From a virus (lineage: Duplodnaviria; Caudoviricetes): 64,000 nt of DNA. The number at the start of each line of letters is the position of its first letter. Within the stretch, counting starts at the first letter, position 1. Positions 9,823 to 19,200 of the stretch are shown here, piece after piece. The notes under the pieces were generated by a model. The model was not told where the DNA came from and made no database searches. It saw nothing but the letters and a program-made list of their open reading frames with translations. The stretch is from the IMG/VR virus record IMGVR_UViG_3300025428_000004, positions 502 to 64,501 of that record; one strand, given 5' to 3'. The position numbers and the translations under genes were made by a program.

Positions 9823-10205
9823 TGATGATTGTTAACTCTAACAAGGTCTGGGTTGGTCCCATACCAAGCAACGTGTGCGGAAGGACAGATCATCTGCCGA
9901 TCAATGTGCCGGCTGGATCTTATGTCCTAACCGCTGATGTTGTTTCAGGTCTTGGAGAGGGGAATACGATTGCTGGGTTTGAGCTGCTTAACAAGTTTTT
10001 CGGAAAGCAGAAGAAAATAGGGGACGACGTAACAGAAGTTGTTGTCGCTGGGGGCGAGTACATCCTCGCACCTCAAACAATCGCTAATAGAATAGGCGGC
10101 GGTGATTTAGAGGCGGGTCACAATACGCTCGATGGCTTTGTCGTGAAGTATCGGGAGAAGACGATCCAGACTCTAAAGAAACTGCCTGGACCTAAACGGG
10201 ATTAG
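9822..10205 (+). CDS. Small protein made of two 'G..D.[IL]P...GEYV'-type units
   Basis: GPIPSNVCGRTDHLPINVPAGSYVLTADVV and DVTEVVVAGGEYILAP. Confidence 0.7.
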   Translation: MMIVNSNKVWVGPIPSNVCGRTDHLPINVPAGSYVLTADVVSGLGEGNTIAGFELLNKFFGKQKKIGDDVTEVVVAGGEYILAPQTIANRIGGGDLEAGHNTLDGFVVKYREKTIQTLKKLPGPKRD

Positions 10206-10215
10206 TGGGGCAACC

Positions 10216-10755
10216 ATGTCTGACGAATTCAAAGTGCGTGTAGCAACACCTGAAGATGTCCATCAACTCATGGAGATGGGCATAGCTGCAAATGATGAGA
10301 TCGGAATTGCGAAAGCAAATCCTGAAAAGCTTTTGCTCGATATCTGGCCTGCGCTGCATCGGCAGTCTGGCATTATTGGCGTCATCGGAAAGCCGGGGCA
10401 GCGCATCGAGGGTGGTATCGTCCTGAAGATCACAAACCTCTGGTACAGCGACGAAGAATTTCTGGAAGAGCGCATTGTCTATGTGCGTCCTGAATATCGT
10501 CGTGGCGGCAGATCGCTTGGTATCAAGTCTCGCGCTGGAAAGCTGATCGAGTTTGCCAAGAAAGTATCTGATGAAATGCAAATGCCTCTTGCTGTCGGCA
10601 TATCAACGGCAATTGGCTTTCGCGGAAAAGCTCGCATGTACGAGCATTTCTTTGGACCGCAAGCAGGCGCGTTTTTCTTGTACGGGCGACAGCATCACAA
10701 AGATGGTTTTGCCCCTGCAACCGAAGAAGCTCCCGCTTTAGCTGCGGCAGAATAA
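10216..10755 (+). CDS. GNAT-fold protein (tail/ejection-core assembly)
   Basis: VRVATPED start, YVRPEYRRG motif; typical position before ejection proteins. Confidence 0.65.
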   Translation: MSDEFKVRVATPEDVHQLMEMGIAANDEIGIAKANPEKLLLDIWPALHRQSGIIGVIGKPGQRIEGGIVLKITNLWYSDEEFLEERIVYVRPEYRRGGRSLGIKSRAGKLIEFAKKVSDEMQMPLAVGISTAIGFRGKARMYEHFFGPQAGAFFLYGRQHHKDGFAPATEEAPALAAAE

Positions 10756-10768
10756 AGGGATTATCGCT

Positions 10769-13700
10769 ATGGGTATGGGTGCAGGTGGCGGCGGTGGGGG
10801 CCAACAAGGCGCATCAATGACAAGCTTCAACGGTACGTCCACAGTGACGCCACCCGCTGAAGTTTTGGATATGTATCGCTCGATTAACCCTCTGGCGCAG
10901 AAGGCGGCTTCTACCCCGTGGGAGAACTATAGCAATACGCCTGATGGCTTTGTTGCGCAGATCAACGATACGCAGAATTCTGCTATCCAGGGGCTCGATA
11001 ACAATATCTATACTGCGCAGCCCTACACGAACCAGGGCATGGGATCTCTTGGTAGCGCCTCGAATCTATATGGCGCATCGAGCGATCAAGCGACGGCGGC
11101 AGGAAATGGCGTTGTCGCAAATTATGGCGCAACAAATATTGCGAGCCCCTATTACAACAATGCAATGAATCTGACGGCTGATGCTGCGTCAGCTCCTGGC
11201 GGCTATGATGTTGCAAACCCCTATCTTCAAAGCGGTGCTGGGCTAATCGGTTATGGTGGCCAAGGCACAAACCAAGTCAGTGCGCAGGACATCAACCAAT
11301 ATCTGTCGCCGTACCAAAACGACGTCATCAACTCCACGATGGGATTGCTTAGTCAGCAAAACAATCAGGCGATGTCTGGCGCGTTGGGCAATGCGATCGA
11401 AAGTGGTGGATTTGGCGGCGATCGCGCCGGCATTGCGGCGGCTAACCTTGCACAGCAACAAGAGCTCGCAAATGCGAATGTGCTTGGCGGATTAGAAAAT
11501 CAAAACTACAGCCAGGCGTTAAGCACGGCCGTTGGTCAGCGTGGACAGAACCAAGCAGATCTTCAGCGTGCTATTCAAGCAGGCCAAGGCCTTGGTCAGA
11601 TCGGCTCTCAAGCCGGATCTCTTCAGCAATCTGATCTACAACGTCAACTGGCTGCCGGTCAGCAAGAAGCCGCAATCGGTACGCAGCAATATCAAAATTA
11701 CACTGCGCAACAAGCCCAGCAACAGCAAGATCTGCAACGTCAATTGGCTGCTTCTCAGCAATTGGCGAACAATGCTTCTGGATTAACAAACCTTGGTAAT
11801 TCACAAGCGCAGATGGGTATAAACCTTAACAATAGCATCAACCAGGGACTCGAGTCGCAACTCGGCGCAGGCACGCTGCAACAACAAACAGAGCAGGCCG
11901 GCAAAGACGCAATGTACAACCAATGGCTGCAAATGAAGGCATACCCCTTCATGACCACGCAATGGTTGGCGGATATCTATGGCGGTCTTGGTCCATTGTA
12001 TGGCTCAACGACGACGCAAAGCGGTACGTCGATGTCAATGCCGCTTGGTTTCTCCGATCCGCGTTTGAAGGGCGGCGTTGGCGGGTTCTCACGCGGTGGT
12101 GATGCTGACAAGCCGGAGGTCATCGGTAAGACGTTCGATGACCAACCGATCTATCGCTATTCGATGATGGGTGGTGCGCCACAGCTCGGTCTGATGGCTG
12201 ACGAGGTCGCTCAGAAACAACCAGAACACGTCTATAACGTCGATGGCTTGCTTGCGATGGATTATGCCGGCGCAACTGATGACGCTGCACGCATCGGTCA
12301 TCACCTGGGCGCTAATCATCGTGAGCATTTTGCCGGCGGCGGTTTAGCAGGCGCTCTTGCTGCGCAGTCGCAGATGTATGCCAATAAGCATCCAGGCCAA
12401 GCAGGCCCTGGCGGCAATAGTTTCGTCCCGCAAGGAAAGGGCGGCGGACATGGCGCATTAACGCCAACGTCAATCAATGTTCCAAAAGCAGAGCTGACTC
12501 AGCCTAAAGTTCAACATCCACCGCCAGATATTGCTGGCTCCCTGGAAAAGATGAAGGGCCTCGCCGGATTAGGTGGCAAAGGCGGCGGATTAGGCAATCT
12601 GTTTGGCGGCAGCGGATCAGGCGGATTAGGCGGTGCATTTGATACGGCTGCAAGCACATCAACTCCTGCCGCAACAACGGCAGCCCAGGTCGCATCGACG
12701 CCTGCACCATCTGGCGAAGAGTTCCCGAAAGTAACGCCGGCAAGCACCGACAGCGCTCCGTTGCCGCCGGCACGTCCATCGGATCTCTCTTCTGTCGCTG
12801 ATGCGACCGATAGCACGGATTACGGCACAGATGGAGCCGGCGGCGTCTCGCAAATGGCTGATGCAGATCTTGGCATGCTCGATTTTGCTGCACGCGGTGG
12901 TCGTATCGGTCGCTCAATCGGCGGCGTCATGCCATTTAACAACGAAAGTGGCAGCGTGCCATTTGCACCAAACGGCGGAAGCATGCCGTTTGAACAGGGA
13001 ATGAAAAACAACATCGTTCCTGCCTCAGTGCTTAACGATCAACATCACCCACAAATGATGGTTTCTCAACCACCGGATATGATGAAGATGTCTGGTCAGG
13101 GTGGTGGCGGCAAAAAAGGCGGCGGCGAAGGCGGCAAGCAAGCCGAACAAATGATGAAGCAGGGCATGGACCAGATGAAAGGTCTCATGGAAAAAGGCAC
13201 GAAAGGTGCTGAAGCTGCTCCAACAAAGATCACTGAACAAGCCACCAAGCCGGTACAAGATGCTGCCGATAAGACTCAGCTCGCCGACAGCGTCGAGCAC
13301 GCAGCCGACGGTGTTCAAAACACGTCATCGCAAGCTGAAAACGGTCTTGGCAACATTGGCGAGCATGCAGCTAATGGCGCAGAGAATGACGCCTCGCAAG
13401 GTCTTGGCGAGGTTGGCAAAGATCTTGGCAACAATGCAAGCGAAGCAGCTAGTGGCCTGGAGAATAGCGCATCTGAAGGCCTGGGAGATCTCGGATCATC
13501 TCTTGGCGACGCAGGAGGCAGTCTCGGAGATGTGGCAGGCGATGCAAGCGCAGGCCTTGCTGATGCAGCCGGCGACGGCCTTATGGGCGCATCTGAAGAT
13601 GCTGCGGCCGGTCTGGGTGATATGGCCGCTGAAGCTGGCGCTGATGCTGCCGCTGCGGGTGCAGAAGCTGCCGCTGGCGCTGCCGGTGGCGGCCTTGAAG

Positions 13701-16285
13701 GTCTTGGCGCACTTGCTGGTCTTCTCCTTCTTAAGAGAGGCGGTCGCGTTTCATCAGGTCGCAAAAAGCTCAGTACTGGCGGCCCTGATTCGGAAGCAAC
13801 GTCCGATGTTTCAGAGGTTGTCGATACGCCTACGCCTGACGTGCCAGTAGAGCTCGTAGAGGTCGAAAAGAAAAAACCAGCGCCTGTTGAGCAAGCAGTG
13901 CAGGTTGCAGATGCAGCGACATCGAGAAGCGATGCGCCGGCAGACGATGGATTTAATCGTCATGTCGGTACGGTGTTGAAAGTTGAAGGCGGTTACACAC
14001 CAGATGACGCCGGACACGGTCCGTCTAATCGCGGCATTAACGCCGCTGCGCATCCCGGCATGGACATCAAGAATATCTCTGAAGGTCAGGCGCGAGATAT
14101 TTATCGCAGAGAATATTGGGACGGCGCTGGCATTGGTAATTTGCCGGAGCATATGCGCGGTCTTGCGTTTGACGCTTCTGTTAATCAGGGACCAGGTCGT
14201 GCGCGCGCATGGGCGCAACAAGCTGGCGATGATCCATACAAGCTCTACAAGCTTCGTCAGGAGCACTATCAGAGTCTGGTTGATCGCAATCCTGGCAAGT
14301 ATGCGCAGTATGCGAATTCATGGAATGGCCGTCTAAACGCGCAAGCTCAACTCGCTGGCATTAAGGACATCAGCAATCTGCAAGTAAACGGTCATCCTGC
14401 GCGTAACACGGGTGGTGGTCCAGAATATCTTGACCGCTCGATGATGGCGTCTACTGACGGACATGAGCAACAAATTGGACCAGGCGCAGAAGAAAGCGGC
14501 GGTCTTGGTGCGCTCGATGTTATCCTGCCTTTAGCTGCCGCTGGTGCGCAGTATGCGGTGAATAGGCATTATCACGGCGCAGGCGCTGCCGCTGCATCTG
14601 CGCTCGCCTCTGGCCTGGGAACGCTTGGTGGCATGCGTACGGCAGGTCTCGAAGAAGAGCGCGCGCGCCAGAAAATGGAATTAGAGCAAAAGCGTTTTGA
14701 TCGCGATATGAGCAACGATGAGCGTAGCTACGGTTACAAAGATCGTGAAAATCAGCGCCAGGACGAAGAGCTGAAAATCAAGCAGCGTGAATTCGAAGCG
14801 AAAGAAGCGCAGCGCAAAGCTCTTGAAGACGCCTACAAACAGAATCCGTCGTCATCTGAGCCAGAAGGCGGTTATGGCCCCAAAGGTGGAGTCGGCGGTG
14901 TTGGCGGTGTTGGCGGTACGGGCGGTGTAAATGCGCCACCTGTCGCGCCTCCATCTCCACCTGTACAGCCTACGCCTAACAACTCTATCCAGGTTGCTCC
15001 TGAAGAGCCTGTTAAGAGCACGCAACCGCCTGTCCAACGACCTCCTGTCCCGGTTGAGCCTACTGGCACGACGCCGCCAGAACAGAATCCGGTAAGCGAT
15101 GCTACAGGCGTAGCTAGCAAGGTCAATGCGCCGACAGAGCCTCCTGTTGCACCTCCAGCTCCTGTCGAGCCTGCGCCAAAGCCTGCCGGTACGCCAGATC
15201 CTGCGAAGTTCTGGCCCGGTTCAGAAAATCACAGCAATCCGTATTTCTTCAGCGCCAAAGCTGATGAGGCTGGCAAAATGGCTGCCAAGCTTCGTCAGAG
15301 CCCATACACGGCCGACCAGGCTGCGAAGTGGGAAGAGGCGCAACGGTTCTATCTTGGAAAAGCAAGAGACGCTGCAACATCGCGCACCGTGATGATGAAA
15401 GACGGCACCGTGCAGATGAATCCCTGGGCGGTACAAACGGAAGGCCAAGCAGGCGCATCTATCAAGGCGGCAGAAATGCAAGCCGGCAAAGATGTCGAAA
15501 ACCGCAACTCTTACGAAGAGATCGAGCCGATACCTGGCGGACCAAAGCAGCTCATTCGCAAAGACAAATTGCTAGAGCAGGTTGGCGTCGATCCTACCGT
15601 CATCAAGTCACAGCCTGCCTGGGTGCAAGAGACGCGTAACGCTCAAGCAAAAGAAGAAGTCCAGATTCCTAACCAGATGAAAGGTTTTCAGCTTTCACTG
15701 ACGCGATTAAAGCGCATGCAGGAAATTCAGCAAAGCCTTCAGACCGGCAAGTTCGAGCCGCAAAAGGCAGAGATCTACGCTGCGCTCGACTCTCTCGGCA
15801 TACCGATCGACAAGAAGCGTTTGCGTACCGCTGAAGAAGTACAGCAATTCCTCAAGAACGGTGTTGCGAACACGTTCGAGCAAGTCAAAGCAATGGGCGG
15901 TCGTCCGCTCGTCGCAGAGATCGAGGGCCTGGCAAGAGCAAATGCTAATGCTGCGCTGACGCCTGAAGCAAACCGTCAGATCATTGCGCGCTCAATCGGT
16001 CAGATCCAATACAACACCGACTATCTGAACGATTACGTCAATTGGCGTCGCGAGAATCCATACACGATCGACACAATGCGGTTCGATCAAGAATGGATGA
16101 AGACTCACGACATCCATGACTACGAAAACCGCGCAGCCGACGAAGCAACGGCTGTCGGTTCACATAATCCACCGGCTAAACCAACTGTTCTGCCTCCTGT
16201 CGATCAGCGTGTTGCAGGTAAAACGGCGCAAACAATTGGCGGCAAGACGTACCTCTGGAATGGGCAAGGTTGGGCAGCGCAATGA
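10769..16285 (+). CDS. Giant ejection/DNA-transfer protein: Gln-rich N-terminus, peptidase S74-like domain, GH108 lysozyme, helical C-terminus
   Basis: FSDPRLK...IYRY...GLMADEV...VDG..MDY (12050-12270); LKVEGGY...NRGI...IYRREYW...FDASVNQGPG (13973-14340). Confidence 0.8.
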   Translation: MGMGAGGGGGGQQGASMTSFNGTSTVTPPAEVLDMYRSINPLAQKAASTPWENYSNTPDGFVAQINDTQNSAIQGLDNNIYTAQPYTNQGMGSLGSASNLYGASSDQATAAGNGVVANYGATNIASPYYNNAMNLTADAASAPGGYDVANPYLQSGAGLIGYGGQGTNQVSAQDINQYLSPYQNDVINSTMGLLSQQNNQAMSGALGNAIESGGFGGDRAGIAAANLAQQQELANANVLGGLENQNYSQALSTAVGQRGQNQADLQRAIQAGQGLGQIGSQAGSLQQSDLQRQLAAGQQEAAIGTQQYQNYTAQQAQQQQDLQRQLAASQQLANNASGLTNLGNSQAQMGINLNNSINQGLESQLGAGTLQQQTEQAGKDAMYNQWLQMKAYPFMTTQWLADIYGGLGPLYGSTTTQSGTSMSMPLGFSDPRLKGGVGGFSRGGDADKPEVIGKTFDDQPIYRYSMMGGAPQLGLMADEVAQKQPEHVYNVDGLLAMDYAGATDDAARIGHHLGANHREHFAGGGLAGALAAQSQMYANKHPGQAGPGGNSFVPQGKGGGHGALTPTSINVPKAELTQPKVQHPPPDIAGSLEKMKGLAGLGGKGGGLGNLFGGSGSGGLGGAFDTAASTSTPAATTAAQVASTPAPSGEEFPKVTPASTDSAPLPPARPSDLSSVADATDSTDYGTDGAGGVSQMADADLGMLDFAARGGRIGRSIGGVMPFNNESGSVPFAPNGGSMPFEQGMKNNIVPASVLNDQHHPQMMVSQPPDMMKMSGQGGGGKKGGGEGGKQAEQMMKQGMDQMKGLMEKGTKGAEAAPTKITEQATKPVQDAADKTQLADSVEHAADGVQNTSSQAENGLGNIGEHAANGAENDASQGLGEVGKDLGNNASEAASGLENSASEGLGDLGSSLGDAGGSLGDVAGDASAGLADAAGDGLMGASEDAAAGLGDMAAEAGADAAAAGAEAAAGAAGGGLEGLGALAGLLLLKRGGRVSSGRKKLSTGGPDSEATSDVSEVVDTPTPDVPVELVEVEKKKPAPVEQAVQVADAATSRSDAPADDGFNRHVGTVLKVEGGYTPDDAGHGPSNRGINAAAHPGMDIKNISEGQARDIYRREYWDGAGIGNLPEHMRGLAFDASVNQGPGRARAWAQQAGDDPYKLYKLRQEHYQSLVDRNPGKYAQYANSWNGRLNAQAQLAGIKDISNLQVNGHPARNTGGGPEYLDRSMMASTDGHEQQIGPGAEESGGLGALDVILPLAAAGAQYAVNRHYHGAGAAAASALASGLGTLGGMRTAGLEEERARQKMELEQKRFDRDMSNDERSYGYKDRENQRQDEELKIKQREFEAKEAQRKALEDAYKQNPSSSEPEGGYGPKGGVGGVGGVGGTGGVNAPPVAPPSPPVQPTPNNSIQVAPEEPVKSTQPPVQRPPVPVEPTGTTPPEQNPVSDATGVASKVNAPTEPPVAPPAPVEPAPKPAGTPDPAKFWPGSENHSNPYFFSAKADEAGKMAAKLRQSPYTADQAAKWEEAQRFYLGKARDAATSRTVMMKDGTVQMNPWAVQTEGQAGASIKAAEMQAGKDVENRNSYEEIEPIPGGPKQLIRKDKLLEQVGVDPTVIKSQPAWVQETRNAQAKEEVQIPNQMKGFQLSLTRLKRMQEIQQSLQTGKFEPQKAEIYAALDSLGIPIDKKRLRTAEEVQQFLKNGVANTFEQVKAMGGRPLVAEIEGLARANANAALTPEANRQIIARSIGQIQYNTDYLNDYVNWRRENPYTIDTMRFDQEWMKTHDIHDYENRAADEATAVGSHNPPAKPTVLPPVDQRVAGKTAQTIGGKTYLWNGQGWAAQ

Positions 16286-19200
16286 CAGAAGTTCTAAGCG
16301 ACGATCAGCTCCTTTCACTTGAGAAGCCGAAAGCAGATGTCTCTTTCGCGCCAGAGGAGTCTGCGCCGGCTCAAAAGTCAGAGATCTTGTCTGATGACCA
16401 GCTCATGGCGTTGCATGCACAGCATCGCCCAGAAGAAGCGCCTCAAGGAATACTGACGCGCACGGAAGACGATGGTTATGGCTCCGGTGCATTAAAAGGC
16501 GCAGCGACGGCAACGATACATGGCCTATCGTCTATCCCTGGTACGGCAGGCAACATTAGAGACTTTGGTCGCTATGGCGCTGATCGTGCAGTTGGCGCAA
16601 TTACAGGCGCGACGCCAGAAGAGATCGAGAAGAAACGCATTAAAGGTTACGATGAAGACCTGGCTGATTGGATTGGCGAGAAAACAGGTTTTCGTCCGCG
16701 TATGCCAAACACGGAGACGTTTGCTGCGCCTATTGAAGAAAAGACTGGTCGATATGATCCAGATACTGTTGGCGGCAAGATTGCGCAGGGCGCATTAGAA
16801 GCCGGCATCGGCGCAATGGGTCCAGGTAGTGGCGTGCTTAAAGCAGGCGCAAAAGCTGGACCTGCTATTGCTGAAACGATCGCACCAAAAGCTGCGGCGC
16901 TGAATATGCTTGGCGGTGGCGCAGGCGCAGGCGTAACGGATATCACTGGCGATCCGCTGTACGGATTTGGCGCAAGCGTTTTATCGGGCGGCGCAGCGCA
17001 TGCTGGCGAGGCTGGCTTTAACAAGTTTGGCAAACCAATAAAGGCGCAGTTCTCAAAAGGCGCACGCGACGCACAAGCCGCTGAACAGCTCTTAGGCTAT
17101 GCGCATGATCCAGAGGCTCTGAAACAATCGCTTGTTTTCGGCGATGCGCAAGGTCCGGTAAAAGATCAGATCGTTCCTGGCTCGCCATTGACGCTCGGTC
17201 AGCGGTACGGCGACACCGGTATTTTACAAGCAGAGCGTTCGTTCAGAAGCGATCCTGAATTCGGATCTGAGATCAACAAGCGCGAGTCGCAACAAAACGA
17301 GGCGCGTCACCAGGCTCTTGCTGATGTGCCAAAAGATACGGCCGTCACGACTGATCTTCCCAATGCGGTACGCGATCGACATACAACGATCACGCAACGA
17401 TATGAACAAGCAGAAGCAGCTCTATACGAGCGTGCGCAACGAGAAATGGCGGCGCTTGGCGAGCGTGCAGATCCGTCAGAGATCGGTCAGCGTCTGCGTG
17501 AGGATATCCAGAAGTCTCGCGACGCAGAGAAGAAAGATATCGACAAACTATACGACGAGGTGGATCCCAACGGCGACATGTCGTTGCTGACAAGCCCGGT
17601 GCAAAAAGCGCGTGATGCAATCCTGGCGGACAAGGGCGCGTTCACAGAGCATTCGCCAGAGCTGACGGGCGTTCTTAATCGCCTGGAGAATCTGCAAGAC
17701 GTCCATACGTTCAAAGATGTCAGGGATTTAGACCGCCTTCTGTCGGAAAAAATGTCGGCAGAACGCAGGGCAAATGGTGAAACAACGAGCTGGCGTCACT
17801 TGGCGGCCTTGAAAGGCGCTACAAAAGAAGCCATAAATAAAGCTATCGAGAACCAGATCGCCTGGGAGAATGCGGCGGTCAAAGAGGGCAAATTACGGCC
17901 AGAGGACACCCTTGAAGGACGACTTGGACAATCTGACCCTAGAGCTGCCGCTGCCGGAGAGGCCGCTGCAAGTGCTGGAGAGGGTGATGAATCGGTACGA
18001 CAGACCGCCGGAGGAGATCGCCCTGTTCCTCCAGCGTCTGGAAATTCGCGGCAAGAAGGAAGCGGACCTGGAAATGTTAATGGCGGTGCGGGATTATCGC
18101 AAAAAGTACCAACCGGTGGGCATAAGGTTTACTACCCAGGTGGAAATGTAGATGTTCAGCATCAGGTCGTCGATCTGAATGACCTGACAATCTCACACAA
18201 TTCCGATTTCACTGAGAATCCAAAATTCCCGCAAGAGCTCCAGCCGCGTGATCGTTCTGGCAAGCCTGCGCAAGACCAGGTTCTGCACTACACCAACAAT
18301 CTCAATCCTGATCAGCTCGGTATCAGCGCAGAAGCTAATACGGGCGCTCCTGTCGTTGGTCCTGATGGCGTTGTTGAAAGCGGCAATGGTCGCTCGATGG
18401 CCATCCGTAACAACTACGCCAAGGGGGATCCTCGCGGCTATCGCAAATGGCTTGAGTCGCAAGGCTACGACACGACGGGCATTAAAAACCCTGTATTGAT
18501 TGCACGACGTACCAGCGAATTGACGCCATCGCAGCGCGAGTATTTCACGCAAAACGCTAACTCGAAAACCGGCCTAGCGATGAATGCGGTGGAGCAAGGC
18601 GCAGCCGACGCCAAGTTCCTGACGCCTGAAGTGCTTTCAAAGCTAGAAATGGGCGATGTTAATTCCGCTGCTAATGCTGCGTTTGTTAATGAGGTGATGA
18701 GCAAACTGCCGGTTAATGAGCGTGGCGATTTCGGCACAAGCGACGGCAAGTTATCGCAATCTGGCGTACAGCGTCTCAAGGCTGCAATTATGTCGCGTGC
18801 GTTTGGCTCTGACGACATTGTGCGTCGTGGCTTTGAAAGCACAGACAACAATATCCGCAATGTTACCGGCGCGCTGTCTGATATTGCTGGTCCCTGGGCG
18901 CAGATGCGTGCAGCGGCAGAAGCTGGACATATCGCGCCTAATCACGACGTGACGAAAGAACTGATCGACGCGGTGCATAAGATCATGCGTGCGCGCGACG
19001 AAGGTCGTCCTGTCAGTGAAGTGATCAAACAGAAGGACATGTTCGGCGGTGATACGCCAGAGCTCGTCGCAAAGCTTCTGTTTAACGGAGACCGTGTCGC
19101 TGGACGGCAGGCTATCGCGGAGCGGCTACAGCGGTATGCTGTTGAGGCGCTCAAGAATGAGTCTGGACCTGGTTTATTCGGCGACACGGTTACTCCCGAC

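Noticed and set aside
13206-13850. 214-aa +1-frame ORF as a second nested gene
   Set aside because: Leu/Met/Gln-rich by-product of GCT/GAT/GGC codon runs; no convincing SD; main-frame codon usage is largely normal.
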